DNA from: Raillietiella orientalis
Lineage: Eukaryota
Length of the DNA: 64,000 nt
NCBI GenBank assembly: GCA_036172245.1
Contig: JAYWIR010000091.1
Location: 1 to 64,000 of the forward strand
Direction of reading: 5' to 3'
The notes under the pieces are model-generated. The model was not told where the DNA came from. It saw only the letters and a list, made by a program, of their open reading frames with translations, and made no database searches. This document shows, one piece after another, positions 13,211-26,505 of this stretch (position 1 is the first letter of the stretch; every line of letters starts with the position of its first letter). The position numbers and the translations under genes are program-made.

Positions 13211-13900
13211 TTTTCACCCAGATTTCGCCGGGGCGTTTATTGTAAAATAAACTTTTACAAAGACGTGCGGTGGCTGGACCATTGCTCCAGCCACGCACGA
13301 AGAAACACAGAACCTGCCGGATCTCCGGATCGCAGACCGGTATGGTCCACCACGGCAGCAGGGGTAAGGGGGAAAAACAAAAAACGAAACAAAAAAGAAA
13401 AAAAAAGTTGGGAGGGTAAGGGAAGGGATCACAGTTGCTGGTGGGGCCGTTGCATCCTTTGCAGGATGCCGGCAAGCTCCTTCTGTATTCCTGGATCTAG
13501 GTGGGGCCATCGGGACGCCCTCCTCAGGAACTGGGAGGCTGGCTGGATGGCACCCTGGTCGCGTTGTCCTCCCGTAGCCTTGCTCCAAGCGGTGACGATC
13601 CCACGTAGGCAGCAAAAAGCGCTAACAAAGCCGCTGGCCGAAGGGCGTCGGCAACGAAGAGGGCTTCCAGTGCGTCCCTGGGGTTGCCGCAGGGGATTCC
13701 GATGGCCGCGGCAAAGCGAAAACAAAGGGGCCGAAGGGCAACACAATCCACTAGCAGGTGAGGGAGAGAATCCCGTTCCCCACACCTGGCGCAATTGGGG
13801 TCCACCGCTCCCCAGGTCCAGTGGTGACGGCGGGCGTTGCAGGAAAGTCCCCAGTGCTGCAACAGGAGAGCCGACTCCTGCCATTTTAAGGGAAAAGCGG
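13211..13900 (-). mobile_element. Alpha copy 1, 3' end
   Basis: WQESALLLQHWG...CARCGERDSLPHLLVDC; ends AATAAACGCCCCGGCGAAATCTGGGTGAAAA; closely similar to 56840-57529. Confidence 0.9.
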
Positions 13901-13904
13901 AAGT

Positions 13905-14677
13905 GAATTGGCAGACGCTGCCACACCTCGCATTCCTGCAAATGGGGTTTCTCCGGTGGAGTGAGCTCTTCGGGGTGCCCACCGATGAACTTGTGGTCCC
14001 TTCTGCGTGTTTGGACGCGACTCTCTTCCCCCTTTGGTGGAAGCAGGACGCTTTTCTGCTGGTGCATTGGGGTTTGTACTGCAACCAGCGGGCGCACCTG
14101 ATTTCCGGGGGAGTTGCGTCCCCGAACTGTGCCAAATGCAAAGCGGTGGAATCGCTTTCGCATTTGCTGTTTGAGTGCGGTGCCCTCCAGGAGCTGTGGC
14201 AGCGGCTGTCTTCAGCGCTCCTGCACCCTGGACACACCGCACTGGATTGGATGCGCCGCTTCTACACGCGTGGCGGACTTTCTCTTGGAGCGGTCGTCGC
14301 AATCATCTGCTGCGTCCGCGCCATTGTGAGGGCCCGCCACGTATTGCAGATGCGAGCAGTCCCAACATCGGTCCCCGACACCGCAGCCTGCAACCTGCAA
14401 ATGGCTGCCGGCTGGCCACATCTTGGAGCAGAATTGAGGATGGAGATCGGCGGCATTCACCGCCGGTTCTGAGAATAGGAACGGTTACACGGTATACCCC
14501 TGTCCCCGCCCCCCCTCCCAGTTTATTTATTTATTGTCCCACCCCCTCCCGTTTCGAACTCTCAGTGTGTCCGGACTGCGTTCCGGGGAATCTACTCCCC
14601 ATTTTCTGTTCCCCTTGCCTGGGAACACAGTTCTCAGTTGATTATTTAATAAACGTCCCGGCGCAACCGGGTAGTAA
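13905..14677 (+). mobile_element. Gamma-like 3' fragment replacing the interior of alpha copy 1
   Basis: HWGLYCN...CAKCKAVESLSHLLFEC, stop 14472; AATAAA 14648-14653 and CCCGG-CGCAA-CCGGG. Confidence 0.87.
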
Positions 14678-15873
14678 ACGACAACGCTGCATTCTTTAAT
14701 TTGCTCGCTTGCCTGCTGTTTTTTCTGGCGGTAAGCGAGCTTTTTCTCCATCCTCCTCTCCTTCTTTGATTTTTTGGCCGTAGCCACCTTCCACCCAGGC
14801 TCCTGGCTTGTTCCCTCGACTTCTTCGGCATTGTTCGCCGGGGTCTCGGGTGCGGCCTGGACCTTGGCCGCGGGTGGCACAGCCTTCGCGGCAGCTTTGG
14901 CCGCCAGCCTTTTCTGCAGAAGCCGGGCGCTTTTTTAAGGTTTCTCTTGGAAACCACCCGCACTGCTGCTTTTGGGCACACCTCCCTCGTGTGGCCCATT
15001 GTGCCGCATACTTGGCACTGCACATTGGGACACCTCTTTTTGAGGTGGCCCGACGTATTGCAGAAGCCACAGTATTTCGGCTTCCCCACATACCAGAGGT
15101 CGACGGTTTCGCCTTCGACCACCAGTTTGTGGGGAAGAGTGCAGCCCTCCCGAACGGTCACGCGCGCAGCAGTGAGGCCGTGTTGCAGCATCGTGTAGTC
15201 CTCGAAAGGACTTACTTTCGTCCACTGCGCGTGGACCGTTCCGAACTGTTCCAAAGAGGCGCGAACCTGTTCTTTGCGCATTCGCGCGGTGACGCCTAAC
15301 AGGTGGACCACCATGCTGCGGTCCGCCGTAGTGGGGAGGAGCCTGCGCATCCCCATCACAACGGGGGTTTTAAGCAGTCGTTGGGCCAGCTCTGCATGTT
15401 TGGAGATGACCTCAAAGTACTGACCCCCGCTGCGGATGGTCATAGCGCTGAGCTCCTCTTCTTTCACATCGAGAGCGCGCATGCCCTTCGAGAAGGCGCG
15501 CGCGCTTTTTAAAGAATATGAATTGCCTACCTTGTAGAACAATGAGGGGTTGTACCCCTCCTCTACATAGGCCGACAATTCCGCCGCGGCTGCAGGCGAT
15601 GGCGCCGACACAACGGCGCTCCATGCCCGCGGTGCAGCGGGGACCGATTCTGTGGGGGCGGATGCCCCCACCTCCATCGCCTCTGGGGGCGACGTTGCCG
15701 CCGCCGCCTGGCTCTCCATCGCCTCTGGGGGCGGCGTTGCCGCTGCCCCCTGGCCATCCCTGGTGGTCGCGCTAGGCATCGCTGCCTGATCGACCACCGA
15801 ACCACACGACGCTTGCACTGGGGGAGACTTCCTGGCACGAGGAGCACCGAGAAAACACGTCCGCCCTAGAGCG
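14678..15873 (-). mobile_element. Alpha copy 1, 5' end and ORF1 N-part
   Basis: Starts CGCTCTAGGGCGGACGTGTTTT; RAWSAVVSAPSPAAAAELSAYVEEGYNP identical to ORF 51986-53119; two CCHC knuckles. Confidence 0.92.
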
Positions 15874-17969
15874 CACAAGGCGTTCGACTGCGTGAACCAG
15901 GAGCTCTTCCTAAGGCTTCTGCATCGCATGGGCTTCCCTCCTACCTTAACGACGTTTCTGCGCTCCTGCTGGCGCGCCGCGATAACAAATATCTGTTTCA
16001 GAGGACAGAACGTGTACGACGTGCCGGTGCGCGGTGGGATTCGGCAGGGCGATAGCTTCAGTCCCCTGCTCTTTAGCATCTACTTCGAGTTATGCTGAGA
16101 GCATGCAGGATGACTTTGGCTGCCTTGCGAAGCTCGTGCCCCGGCACGCCTGCCGTGTCCGCATATGCCGACAATCTACTGCTCCTGCTCCCAATGTCCG
16201 TCCCGGCAACGGCAGTCGAACATTTCTTCGACCTGCTAAGCCGTGGGACAGGGCTACGGGTCAACAGGGCAAAATCGTTGATATAGGCATTTGGAGCGAC
16301 ATGGGTAAGACCGTTTAACTGGATCCGCCTGGGGATGCCGACGGGCACAGATCTGAAGTACCTTGGTGTTTCGCTAAGGGACTTCTGCCCGTCAGAAGCA
16401 TGGTCTTCGGAAAGTGGACTTGGCGATCCGCCCGTTTCTTGATAGCAAGTTCCACTTGCCGGATCTAGCTGCGGTATGGAACGCTTTTGCTGTCCATCCT
16501 CCGCCTAATACTCTTTGTTTGCCCCGTTCCCATGAATATGAAAAAAAGGACAGAAGACCTCCTGCGCATCGCCCTTTGGGGCAAGAGAGGCGTTGAGACC
16601 CTTTGATGGACTTGTGCGCTCCGCGTCGTGATGGTGGTCTTGGCATCCTGACGCTGGAGCGCATGAAAATTTAGCTGCGATGGCGAGTGTTCGCCATCGC
16701 AGCAAAGTTGTGGAGCTCCCCGTGGTGTGTTCCTGCTTGCCTCCTTGCCAGACATGCATCCGGAACGGGGGGACTCGCATCTCTTCTTTTATGTCGTGGA
16801 AGGAAGGCAAGAAGATGCAGCCTTCTCCTCGGACGTGCAGCCACTCTGGCGAGGGAGAATGCGTTTATGATATGCAGCCCCGTCAACTCCAGCTTATGGC
16901 TCCAGAAACAGTTTGCACGTGGGAGGTAGTGAATCAGAGGAGCCACGAGAGGTGGAATAGCCTGCGGCGGGGCAGATACTCCCGCTGCACTCTACGCGAA
17001 ATCGTGGAGTGTCCAGCCAGAAGAGCGTGGGCAGAGACGACCTGTCTGGCTACGGTGCTACCCTTCTCACGTAGGGCCCTCGTCAGCAGCCGGACGCCGA
17101 GGTGGCAAGTCTCTTGCCGTATGGAAGGCAGCGAACAATTGTTGAGCGGTTGGACAATTGGACAGCTGGCGGACGCCACAATCCAGAGCGTCCTTCCCAG
17201 AGGACTTCAAGAATGGGGCGAGCTGTTCGGCATCACGACTGATGACCTGAAGTGGCCCTCAGTGATAACTGGAACAAGCATCCTTCCCCTAGAATGGCAG
17301 GAGTCGGCGCTGATGCTGTTGCACTGTGGACTCCCCTGCAATGCCCGCCGCAACCATTAGACACGGGGAATTGTGAAACTATACTCTGCCGGATGTGGGG
17401 AGCGGAAAACCCTCCCACACCTTTTAGTTGATTGTGCTGCCCTTCGGCCCCTGTGAGAACGCTTTAAGTCCTTAGGTATCCTGGGAGGTAGCCTTCCCAG
17501 AGATGTTTTTCGGCTCGTCTTCTTGCGGGACGCCCTGCAGCCAGTTGCTGTAACAGCAGCTCTCTGCTGCGCACGTGGTATTGTGGCAGCTTGGAGTGGA
17601 TCCGACGAAGCAGAGGATTTCGGCGGAAGGGATGCCATTAAGTTTGCAGCTCGCTTTCTGAGAATAACATCCCGATGGCCCCAACTGGGAAATCACTACC
17701 AGGACCTCGTCGGCATGCTGCAAAGGATGGAAGCTCCATGCCACGGGCTGTGATCCCATCCCGGTCCTTCAATTGAGCAGTGTTTGTACTGTTTGTTTTC
17801 TTTTTATTGTTTCTTTTTTTTTACCCCCAGCCCCATCCGTTGACGTGGAATGTCAAGTCGGTCTAGCACCGACCACCCGACATCTCCAGAGAACTATTGG
17901 CCGCATCGGGGCCTTGTACCGCAAAGACTGTTAGTTTTTTAATAAACACCTCGGCTTTCCGGCTGAAAA
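15874..17969 (+). mobile_element. Delta host, right half: RT from HKAFD to 3' end
   Basis: Starts CACAAGGCGTTCGACTGC; homologous to 42481-44590 (-); AATAAA 17941-17946, ends GGCTGAAAA. Confidence 0.91.
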
Positions 17970-18985
17970 CGTTCAAACGAACACCACGTACCGCTTCCGC
18001 CATTCTTTCTCTTACGAGGAACGCGATGCCGCACGTGTGTGGGTGGCCGCACCGCCAAAGTAGCGTTCCGTTTGCACGGTCCTCGATTTCTGCTGCGTGC
18101 TCGTCGGAGAATACGTGACTTTCCTGCAGAAGCATGAGGTCGAAGGATCGCAGGGCGTTTGCTACTAAGCGCCTATTCTCGTCGTTCTGCAGTCCGTTCA
18201 CGTTCCAACACGTAACAGACAGGCGACGAGAAGACGCGATTCCCTGCATTAATGCTGGGAATTTGGCGGCATTTTTGCGCTATTTTTGGCGAGCGGACGG
18301 TATGCAGCACTGCTGGCTGGAGATCACGGTCGCCACAATCCTCCCTGGTGCTGCACGAATTCGAGTGCTCGTGTCCGTGTAACGTCGCTTGACGCTTCGG
18401 GGTGAGCTCTTGTTGCATCACGAACTGCGCTGCGCGTCTCAGGGCCTTAGCCCGTCGCGCTACGGGTTCCGCTCGGGTGATCCGATGTGCGTCGGTGATC
18501 TCAGACTCCGTTTGGGAGTCGGATTGAAGCGCAAGTGCTTATGGCTCACCTGCTCTGTCGATTTGGAGGTGCTCGCGGATGGGACCGCGCACACTTCCTT
18601 TTTCGCGATCACCGGAACATCGTCCCTGGCGATCTCAACTTTCGCGCCATTCGCGTCCGCGGCGGTAGCCTTTGTAACCGCAGAGCGAACCTTCGCGCGA
18701 GTCTTCTTCATCGCGTGACTGTTCTTTGCCTTGGAGAGGCTCTTGGAATTAGATTGCGGAGAATTTTGGGGAGATTTTATTTTTCTCCGTTTCACCGCAA
18801 CCATCCACCTACCGTCCGTTTGTTTGGAGCACTCCTGGACTTTCGTGAGGGAGGCCTCCTGGCATTCCTCCCCAACCGCTTGGGGCGCAGCTTTTGCTGC
18901 ACCCTTAAAAAGCGGCGAAGGAGCAGCCTCCTCGGCAGTCGGGAGATGGCCTTGCGGCTGCCTCGCTGAAGCAGTATCGCTGGAC
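17970..18985 (-). mobile_element. Gamma-like element: ORF1 C-part and EN N-terminus
   Basis: TAATG overlap 18251-18247; CWNVNGL, LQESH; low-complexity ORF1 tail (KKTRAKV) resembling ORF 47958-49793. Confidence 0.8.
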
Positions 18986-19126
18986 AGCCTTGCACACGGG
19001 CATTATCGCCGCCACTGAAGGAAAGGGAGGCGCGATTATTGCTAGTTGCAGTTATACCCATTACCCCGCCAAGGCAGTGTAAAACGACTGCCAAGGCAAT
19101 TTTTATTTGAGTGCCTTAGGAGGGTA
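18986..19126 (+). ncRNA. U4: U4 spliceosomal snRNA-like sequence, full length (probably a retro-copied head rather than a locus with its own promoter)
   Basis: Collinear with canonical U4: 5' AGCCTTGCAC, GGCATTATCG, GAGGCGCGATTATTGCTAGTTG, CCCATTACCCCGCC, GGCAGT/ACTGCC stem, Sm-like site AATTTTTA 19098-19105, terminal TGCCTT/AGGGTA stem; ~141 nt. Confidence 0.88.
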
Positions 19127-22100
19127 GGTCTCTAAATGTTTTGTGTGACCGCAGCTTAGAATTTAAAAACGCCGCGGCAACACAAGGAGAGAAGTCTTGC
19201 ATCCGCAAGCGAAGGCCATGGGAAGCAATCAGCCCATCGTCGGGATGCACGGGACGAGGATGGACCGGAGGCTGACGTCCCTCATGGAAATGGGGGTATC
19301 GTACGGCATTGGAGATGTGGCAGCGACGCCAAGGAGCGCGTCCGCTGCGGCGGCGGCAACGTCAATGGTTGCACCCGTGAAGGCGGTGTCCCAGGAGGGA
19401 CCCGCGGGTGCCCAAGCGGTGCAGAACGTGAAGGATGCGATGCCAGCAGGACAACCTTTTTCGTACGCGGCGGTTGCGGCGGGCCAAGCCAGCGCACAGC
19501 TTAATAGCAAAAACTCAGAAAACCTGAGAGCGGGAACATCACTAGATGTAAGGAGCCGATTATTCGGATCAGCCTGACATTCAAACCAATTCTATTAAAA
19601 ACCGGACTGATCCGGTTTAACAACGTTAGGGAAGTTTTCCTGGCCTTTTTCAAGGCCAACGTGGACTTTGATCGCCTTCAGGCGATCATACCGAGTACAT
19701 CGGGGTTCACAATATACACAGATTGTGAACCCCTGAGAGAAGCCCTAATTGAAAAGGGCATCAACCTCCAAGGGAGGATGGTGCGTGGTATTGGAGAAAT
19801 GCCGTACACAACCATATTTCTTAGTGGAATAGCATTCACCACTGACCAGGAGGAGATATGGGACTTCCTCTCTAAGTACGGAGAAGTTTTGGAAGTAAAA
19901 TTCCAGAACATCTCCGGAAACATCTTTTCGGGCGAAGTTATCGCCAGAGTCAAACTAAACGAAAATACACAGATCCCTGGGATTGTGTATATCGACGAAG
20001 CCTCGCAAGGGGTGTTCGTTTGATACAAGCAGCAACCGGTATTTTGCACCGGGTGCATAAACTTTGGGCACCGACTGGGCTCGTGCCCTAGGTCTCGCTG
20101 CTTTCGCTGTGGAAGGCAGGGCCAGCAGGTGCGCAATTGCTACATGCCAGAGGTGTGTTCCTTTTGCAAGCAGCCTGGACATGCGAGGTGGTGTTCTCCG
20201 GAGTTTGCCAACTACCGGACTTTGCGTGGCCAAACTCCCGTGCGGGAAAAGGTCATGGCGGAGGTTAAAAAGAGACCTTAAAAAATAATGAAGAAGAGGA
20301 AGGCGAATAAGGCCGCTCCGATTTCAGCAGACGGCTTTGTAGAAATAGGGAAGAAGGAAAAGAGGAAGATGCTCCTTAAGGAGCAGGAAACACCTCTTAC
20401 CCCTAAAGAAGAAGCGGTAGAAGGCGATAAAACAGAAATTGCGGAGGAAGGCGAGGTGGCGAAAACGCCAGAACCCATCCCAGTCACGCATGAAGCCCTG
20501 CAGATCGCCCAAGAAGTGATGAAACTGGCAGAAGTTATGGAGGCGCAGAGCGGACCAAGGCAGGAGCAACTCCTGCAAAAGATCTGCAATGCGCAAGGAA
20601 CGGTCAACCAGGTGGCGGAGAATGTCGAACGCGAGAAGCTAGAAAAAAGGCTTCTCGACGTAAAGCCAAACTTCTGTGCCAAGGTTGCGTTAGAGGTCTT
20701 ACCTCGAAAGCTAGCCGCTCGATCCGAGCACTCCATCAAGGATGACGACCACAACGACTTCACCGGCACGGAGAGCGATGCCGGGAGTGAAAAGTCCGCT
20801 TCTGCGTCTGAAAAACGGCAACGGTCTACCCGACAAAAGAAGCTCAGAAAAGCAATAAAGTGAACCCCTTAATGACCTCGTCGCTGGTCACAGCCAGGAG
20901 GCTCAACATCGTCTCCTGGAACGTTAATGGATTGATGGACCAGTGGAAAAGAAAAAAAATAATGCGTTGGATCGCACATGAAGACATCGGCTGTTTGCAA
21001 GAGACCCACAAGCTGGGTCAGCAGATCATCGTTGAAATGGAACGACGCCTAAACATGCAATTGTTCGTCAGCAAAGGACAGAGGAACACTAAAGGGGTGG
21101 CGGTGCTGGTGAACAACGACCTGGCCCATACAATCCTAGAAGTCTTCTGTCCCATGCCGGGACGAATCTTCGGTGTTCGACTAGCGTGTTCCGCAACTGT
21201 TCACCTATTTTTGATGAGCGTGTACGGAACACACGCGCAGAAACATCGGTGCGCGGAAGCGCTGCATGCAGCACTCCGGCAGAAGGTCGCACCCAAGGAC
21301 GTCGTGATCGTCGCCGGCGATCTGAACATTGTGAACAAGATTATTTTCACCTGGGACGCCAGAGGAAGAAAGGCGTTTCAGCGGTTGTCCGACGAGTTCG
21401 GACTTCTGTGGTGAACAGCTATCCACAATCCGATAGACCACGTCCTACATAGCACAGAGCTTGAGAACCGCATCGAGGGTTTTCGCGACACGCCCAGCTC
21501 ACTGTCCGATCACCCGCTGGTGCGGTTCTCCTTGAGAACGGAAGATCCTTGGCGGAAGCAGAACACAAGGGAGGCCCTCATCTGCATGCCCGCCTTGTTC
21601 GAGACGCTTCCCGGTCATTTAGAACTTATCGAGGCGATTCTGAGGACCAGCACCATCCAAAGAGTCGCCGACTGGGACAGCCTGAAACATCGAGTCCATC
21701 TGTTCTGCAACATGCAGTACGGGGACAACAACTAAGGCAGGAAGCGTACCGGGAGCCGAACACTGAAGAACACTTCCTCTCAAAGTACTGGGAAGAGTAC
21801 GAGAGATGCTACGTCTTCACAAACATCAAAGGGGAAATCGGCGTGCTGGAGAAGAAGAATCTAGCAACAGACATCTTCTGCATACAGTACGACGGCCACA
21901 GCCGGCACACGTCGGAGGAAATCATGGAAGACTTCCAGAGGCATTACACGGGACACTTGTAGCACCAACATTTGTGCCCGGCGACAAAAAATGCTTTTAT
22001 GGGCTACTTGGAGAAAAGAATCGATGAACGCCCGCGGAAAATTTTGGAAGAGGTTTTCTCCGAAGAAGAGGTGAAGGCTGCGTTTTGGGAACTACGCAAG

Positions 22101-24487
22101 GACGTTGCTGCAGACCCTGATAGTGTTCCCATCTCTCACTACCAGCAGTACATGCACGCCTACCTGAGCCTGTTTCACCAGCTGACCCTTTGCATCCGGC
22201 AAGAAGGCAGATTGCCAGTGTCATTTTACGAGAGCAGGATGAGATTGCTGCCCAAGGGCGGAGACTTAACTAAGGTTTCCCAATGGAGGCCAATCTCAAT
22301 CCTCAACTCGGACGCCAAGTGGTTGGCAAAGATCTGGACCAACCGCTTAGCCAAGGTCATGCCGAAGCTAATCACTCCAGTCCAGACATGTGCGGTGCCA
22401 GGACGTCACATGTCGAACAATGTCAAGTGTGCGCAGGCCACCGTGGGACTCAGCCCATACATCGGCGAGAACCTGGTGCTGGTCTTCACAGGCATGGAGA
22501 AGGCCTTCGATACCATCGACCATAAGATGCTGCTGAAGATTCTGGGGAAACTGGGTCTCCCGGAGCAGTTCAGCAACTTCGTGAGGATGTTACTTAGCCA
22601 TCAACACTTTCACATCAAGATCAACGGTGTGGAAACAGCGGCTATCAGGATGGAACGAAGAGTTCGCCAGGGCGACAAGATAAGTCCGATGCTGTTTGTT
22701 ATCTACATGGAAACTCTCACATCATTCATCGAAAGGAGGGGTCGTATACAAGGAATCAAGATGGACGACCAGAAGCTTACTCATCTTGCCTACGCGGATG
22801 ATCTCCTCTCCTTTATCAGGGAGGAACGAGATCAGTATGCGTTCCTGGATGTATTGGAGATGATGGAAAAAGGACTTGGGCTAAAAATCAATGCCCAGAA
22901 AAGTCAAGTTTTGCCCGTCGGAATCCTGGATCTCTCCCCACTAACAAAATAAGGATTCCGAACGGTCGATAACGCCAAGTACCTTGGAGTCCAAATCGGC
23001 GACGACTGCGCGTGGAAGCTGCTATGGACCGAAATCCTCGGAAAGGCAGCAGCAGAAGCAACGAAGTACACGCAAGCGGATTTCAATATGAAGCGGAGGG
23101 CTAACCTGTGGAATGGAGTAATCCTTCCGAAGATCCTCTTCGGGGCGGCCTTCGGCAGAACGTACAGAAAAATCAGCAAAGAAGTGAAAAAGTTGCTACG
23201 AAAAGTACTATGGGGTACTTACAGAACATGAGTAAGACTCGAACCCTTGTGTCGTCCCAAAGAGGAAGTTGAGACCGGAATGATGTCGCTTGCCTATTCC
23301 GTGGATATCATGGATACGCGACAAATCCTGGAGATCGCCGCTCATTGGGATGACTGGCCGTATGCGGCGCACAGGGCCTATTCGTTGTTACTGAACAACT
23401 CGAAGGGCCCAATGACTGCACTGCTAGGCCGAGTAGAAAATTGGAACACGATCGATCCCACCTGGAAGAGGAAACAGCAGTTGGTACAAAAACACCAACT
23501 GGAGATTGTCCCACGAAGCAGGGAACTCTGGCAGGAGAAATCCATCCTGGTGATCCCTAGAATGATTGAAGTGCCTGCTGACACAAGAAGCTGGATCCGC
23601 CAGCGGCCCAGAGTTACACTGAAGAAAATACAGGAATGGAGAAGAGGAGGAAACCTTCATCATTCTCGTATACTCCGGTATATCGAGATGGTGCTGAGAA
23701 AATTCACTCACAGGACTCGCGAGGTGTGGAAAAACCACAACAACTTCGCGTGGTCCAGGGTGGATAGGAAAAAACTTCGCAGGATAATTAAGGAGGAGAA
23801 CCAGGACGTCAGTGCCCTCCAAGAAGCAGCCAATCGCTACGGGAGCGATCACATCAACCTGCTGTCGATTGGCACAACATTATGGAGGAGTGACCTTCCG
23901 CCGAACGCTCAGGACGACCTCCTGATGTTCTATCAGAGAGGAATACTGAGTGGTTCCAGGATCTACCACATCACGGGAAACGTGGATGACGGCAAATGCG
24001 AGGCGTGTGGCTAGTGGGAAACTAGCTACAGATCCTAACCTGTCCCACAATCCAACGGGACTGGGAGAACGTGGAAAGGGTTATAGCACTTCCCGACCTC
24101 ACCACCACGGAAGTCCTAGCGCGAATGTTTCAGGGGAACGCCAATGTACCCCTGTACAACCCGATGGCTAGGATAACCATTGCCTTGTTCATCAAAGCCA
24201 TCCTGATCCGATGGTGGAAGATGGAGAAAACCCGAACGGCACCACATCACATAGGTATCCTCAGAGGACTCGACCAGAAGGAAATTGGAATAAGGAAAAT
24301 ACGGGAAAGTGGAAGCTTGGACGTACAAGCACATCCTTCGCAGGATAGTAAGTACTGCCCAAGCCGAAACCCATACGTAGTCCTCAAAAGTGCAGAACCA
24401 ATGTGGACTCCAAGGAGTGACTCCCCAAGTGATAGTGGAATAAACTTTAAACTGCGGAACAAAACTTTCAGTTGCGTGAATGAATAA
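19127..24487 (+). mobile_element. Divergent near full-length L1/Tx1-like element, degenerate
   Basis: ORF1 with RRM-like segment and three CCHC knuckles (20046-20195); ORF2 SWNVNG, LQET, GDLN, WRPISILNSD, EKAFD, RQGDKISP, YADD, CEACG; lacks the shared 5' motif and 3' hairpin. Confidence 0.9.
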
Positions 24488-24489
24488 TT

Positions 24490-25853
24490 TACCCCACCCC
24501 TTGTGTTATTTGTGGAAAACTGCCTTGTTGGGGAGGATGCAGCTGGTTGCACCGTGTTTTCAAGCAACGCACCGTTGCTTTCTCCGGCGGGTATCGCCGG
24601 ACTTCCAGCAGCCTTCGTAAGGTTTCCTGATGAAGCCTCCGAAATGGAAGAGGGCTCAAGGAGACGGTAACCACGCAATCTTCATTCGCGTGTCCTCCTT
24701 TCGCGTTGTCGTACGGAGCGACTGGTTTTACTGATCCCAGTTCGCGAGTTGTATTTCCGCAATCAGCTACTGGGACAGTAACGGTACGTGCGGAGCCCTC
24801 TCTTTCTTTTTTAAAAGGCTTCCCTTCCGCGCGATTGCCCTTTTGGGGCTTTGATGCTGAGGGAGCCAACTTTGAGACCGCGCTCGTTCCTTTTTTATCT
24901 TCGGCTTTTCGCGAGCCTCGCTGTTTTTTTTTTAAGAATGCTGTATTCTCCTCTGTGCACTCTTTGGCACGCCTGATTCTAGCAGCCTCCTTTTTTTTCT
25001 TTATGTCCGGGCACTTGCTTATTTCGTGCCCAGACTCCTTACAGTAGCGGCACTTCTGGGAAGAACATTCTTTATTCCGATGCCCGTCTTTGCCGCATTG
25101 CTCGCACGCGCGAGTTTTGCCAACGAACCACAGGAGAACGACCGTGCCGTTGACCTGTAGCGTGGCAGGCAGCGTGCGGCGGTTCGGAAAGGTTACCCTA
25201 ACCGCAGCAAATCCTGTATGGACGGAAGTAATTTCTTGTAGGAACTCTCCTTTCTCCACACCGCATGAACGGTGACGAATTTCGCCAACGCGTCCGTCAG
25301 TTGTTTGTTGTTGATCTCCGGCTCTACGACCGAGAGAACAGCGACAAAAGACTCGTCCATCGCGGAAGGAAAAACTTTCTTTCCGCGGATGGACGAAGGA
25401 TTGCAGAGGAGCCTTTGCACAAGTGCAGCCTGCTTGCATCGCACCTTCACATGGCCTAATGCTGGAACAGGCATGAGTGCTATGAGGTCCTCTCGCACTC
25501 CCACACGGAAAAGTTCGTCCGTGAACTCCTCCCCAGTCTTACCTACCTTACTTACGTTATAGCAGAGAGCAGGCTTGTAGACCTGGGCTACATGCGCTCG
25601 CAACTCCGCCCCGTCGAGGAGGCATCCTTGTACGGCTGCAGATGCAGCCACGTCCGCAAAGCTCCTGGCCGGTGGTGCGGGGCTCGCGCACGTTGTCGCC
25701 ATCGTTCCAGCTGCGGGAAGTTCCTGAGCCACAGGCTCGAGTTCTTGTACGTTGCGTTGTTCACTGTTTATCCTTAAGAATGTACAGTGGGATGCACAAA
25801 CACAACCAAACAGCGGAACCACGGAGCAACACGAAATCACGTCCGTCTCTCGT
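24490..25853 (-). mobile_element. Gamma copy, 5' end and ORF1 N-part
   Basis: 5' motif ACGGACGTGATTTC near 25833-25846; ARSFADVAA, CEQCGKDGHRNKEC, CRYCKESGHEISKC. Confidence 0.9.
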
Positions 25854-26187
25854 GAAAGCGAACGTTGAAATCGCCTGTAACCAGATGGGGATTCAGCACG
25901 CCTTCTTCGGTCAGCCACTAGAGACGGAGGGCAAGGTAAAAGTCTTTTCTCGCTCTCCTATTCGTCAGGTCTGCGCCGCTTGGGGCGCACATGTTCATCA
26001 CGATCAGGTCGATCGAGTCGGACCACCTGAGAGTCATCTGGACGACACGACCGTGATCGTCGAGCCGCACGCCCCGCGCCGCGGCTTAGACGGCTGGCCG
26101 AAGCAGGAAGACAAAATAGCAACTGTTTTCTTTCCCACACCTATTCCATAGCCGCCCCTCAGACATTCGTTCGATTTCTCGCGCCCT
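25854..26187 (-). mobile_element. Endonuclease fragment ending at GDFNVR (host of gamma)
   Basis: Minus strand reads ...WSDSIDLIVMNMCAP...HLVTGDFNVR; GDFN codons 25875-25864. Confidence 0.85.
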
Positions 26188-26505
26188 TACAGTGCAGACG
26201 TGTTTCCGCGTCTATCCGCGCAACGATCGAGCAACTTTGTTTCAGCGTTCTTGCTCGCACTTGTGTGTTCCTATGGAATCTGCCGTGTAGCATAGTGCAA
26301 CATGGCCAGTACACAGGATAGTGTGGAGGAGCAAGCCACTGGATGCACTTCAGCGGCACTTGAAGTGTCCGCATCCTCCGTAATGGTTTCCTCGCCCCCA
26401 ATGAGGAGTTACACCGCCGTTACCTCCCAAAGACCAGGACCCTGCGATGCGGAGTTGCATGCATATGTGTCATCAGGATGCATGCCTGCACTCCATTATA
26501 AGATC
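26188..26505 (+). mobile_element. 5' end and ORF1 start of another copy
   Basis: AGTGCAGACGTGTTTCC 26191-26207; RSYTAV...AELHAYVSSGCMPALHYK. Confidence 0.75.

Noticed and set aside
14646..16079. 477 aa ORF as a novel fusion protein
   Set aside because: Antisense RT sequence reading by chance into alpha ORF1 across the junction
18970..24505. Target-site duplication around the U4-headed element
   Set aside because: No matching direct repeat at the two ends
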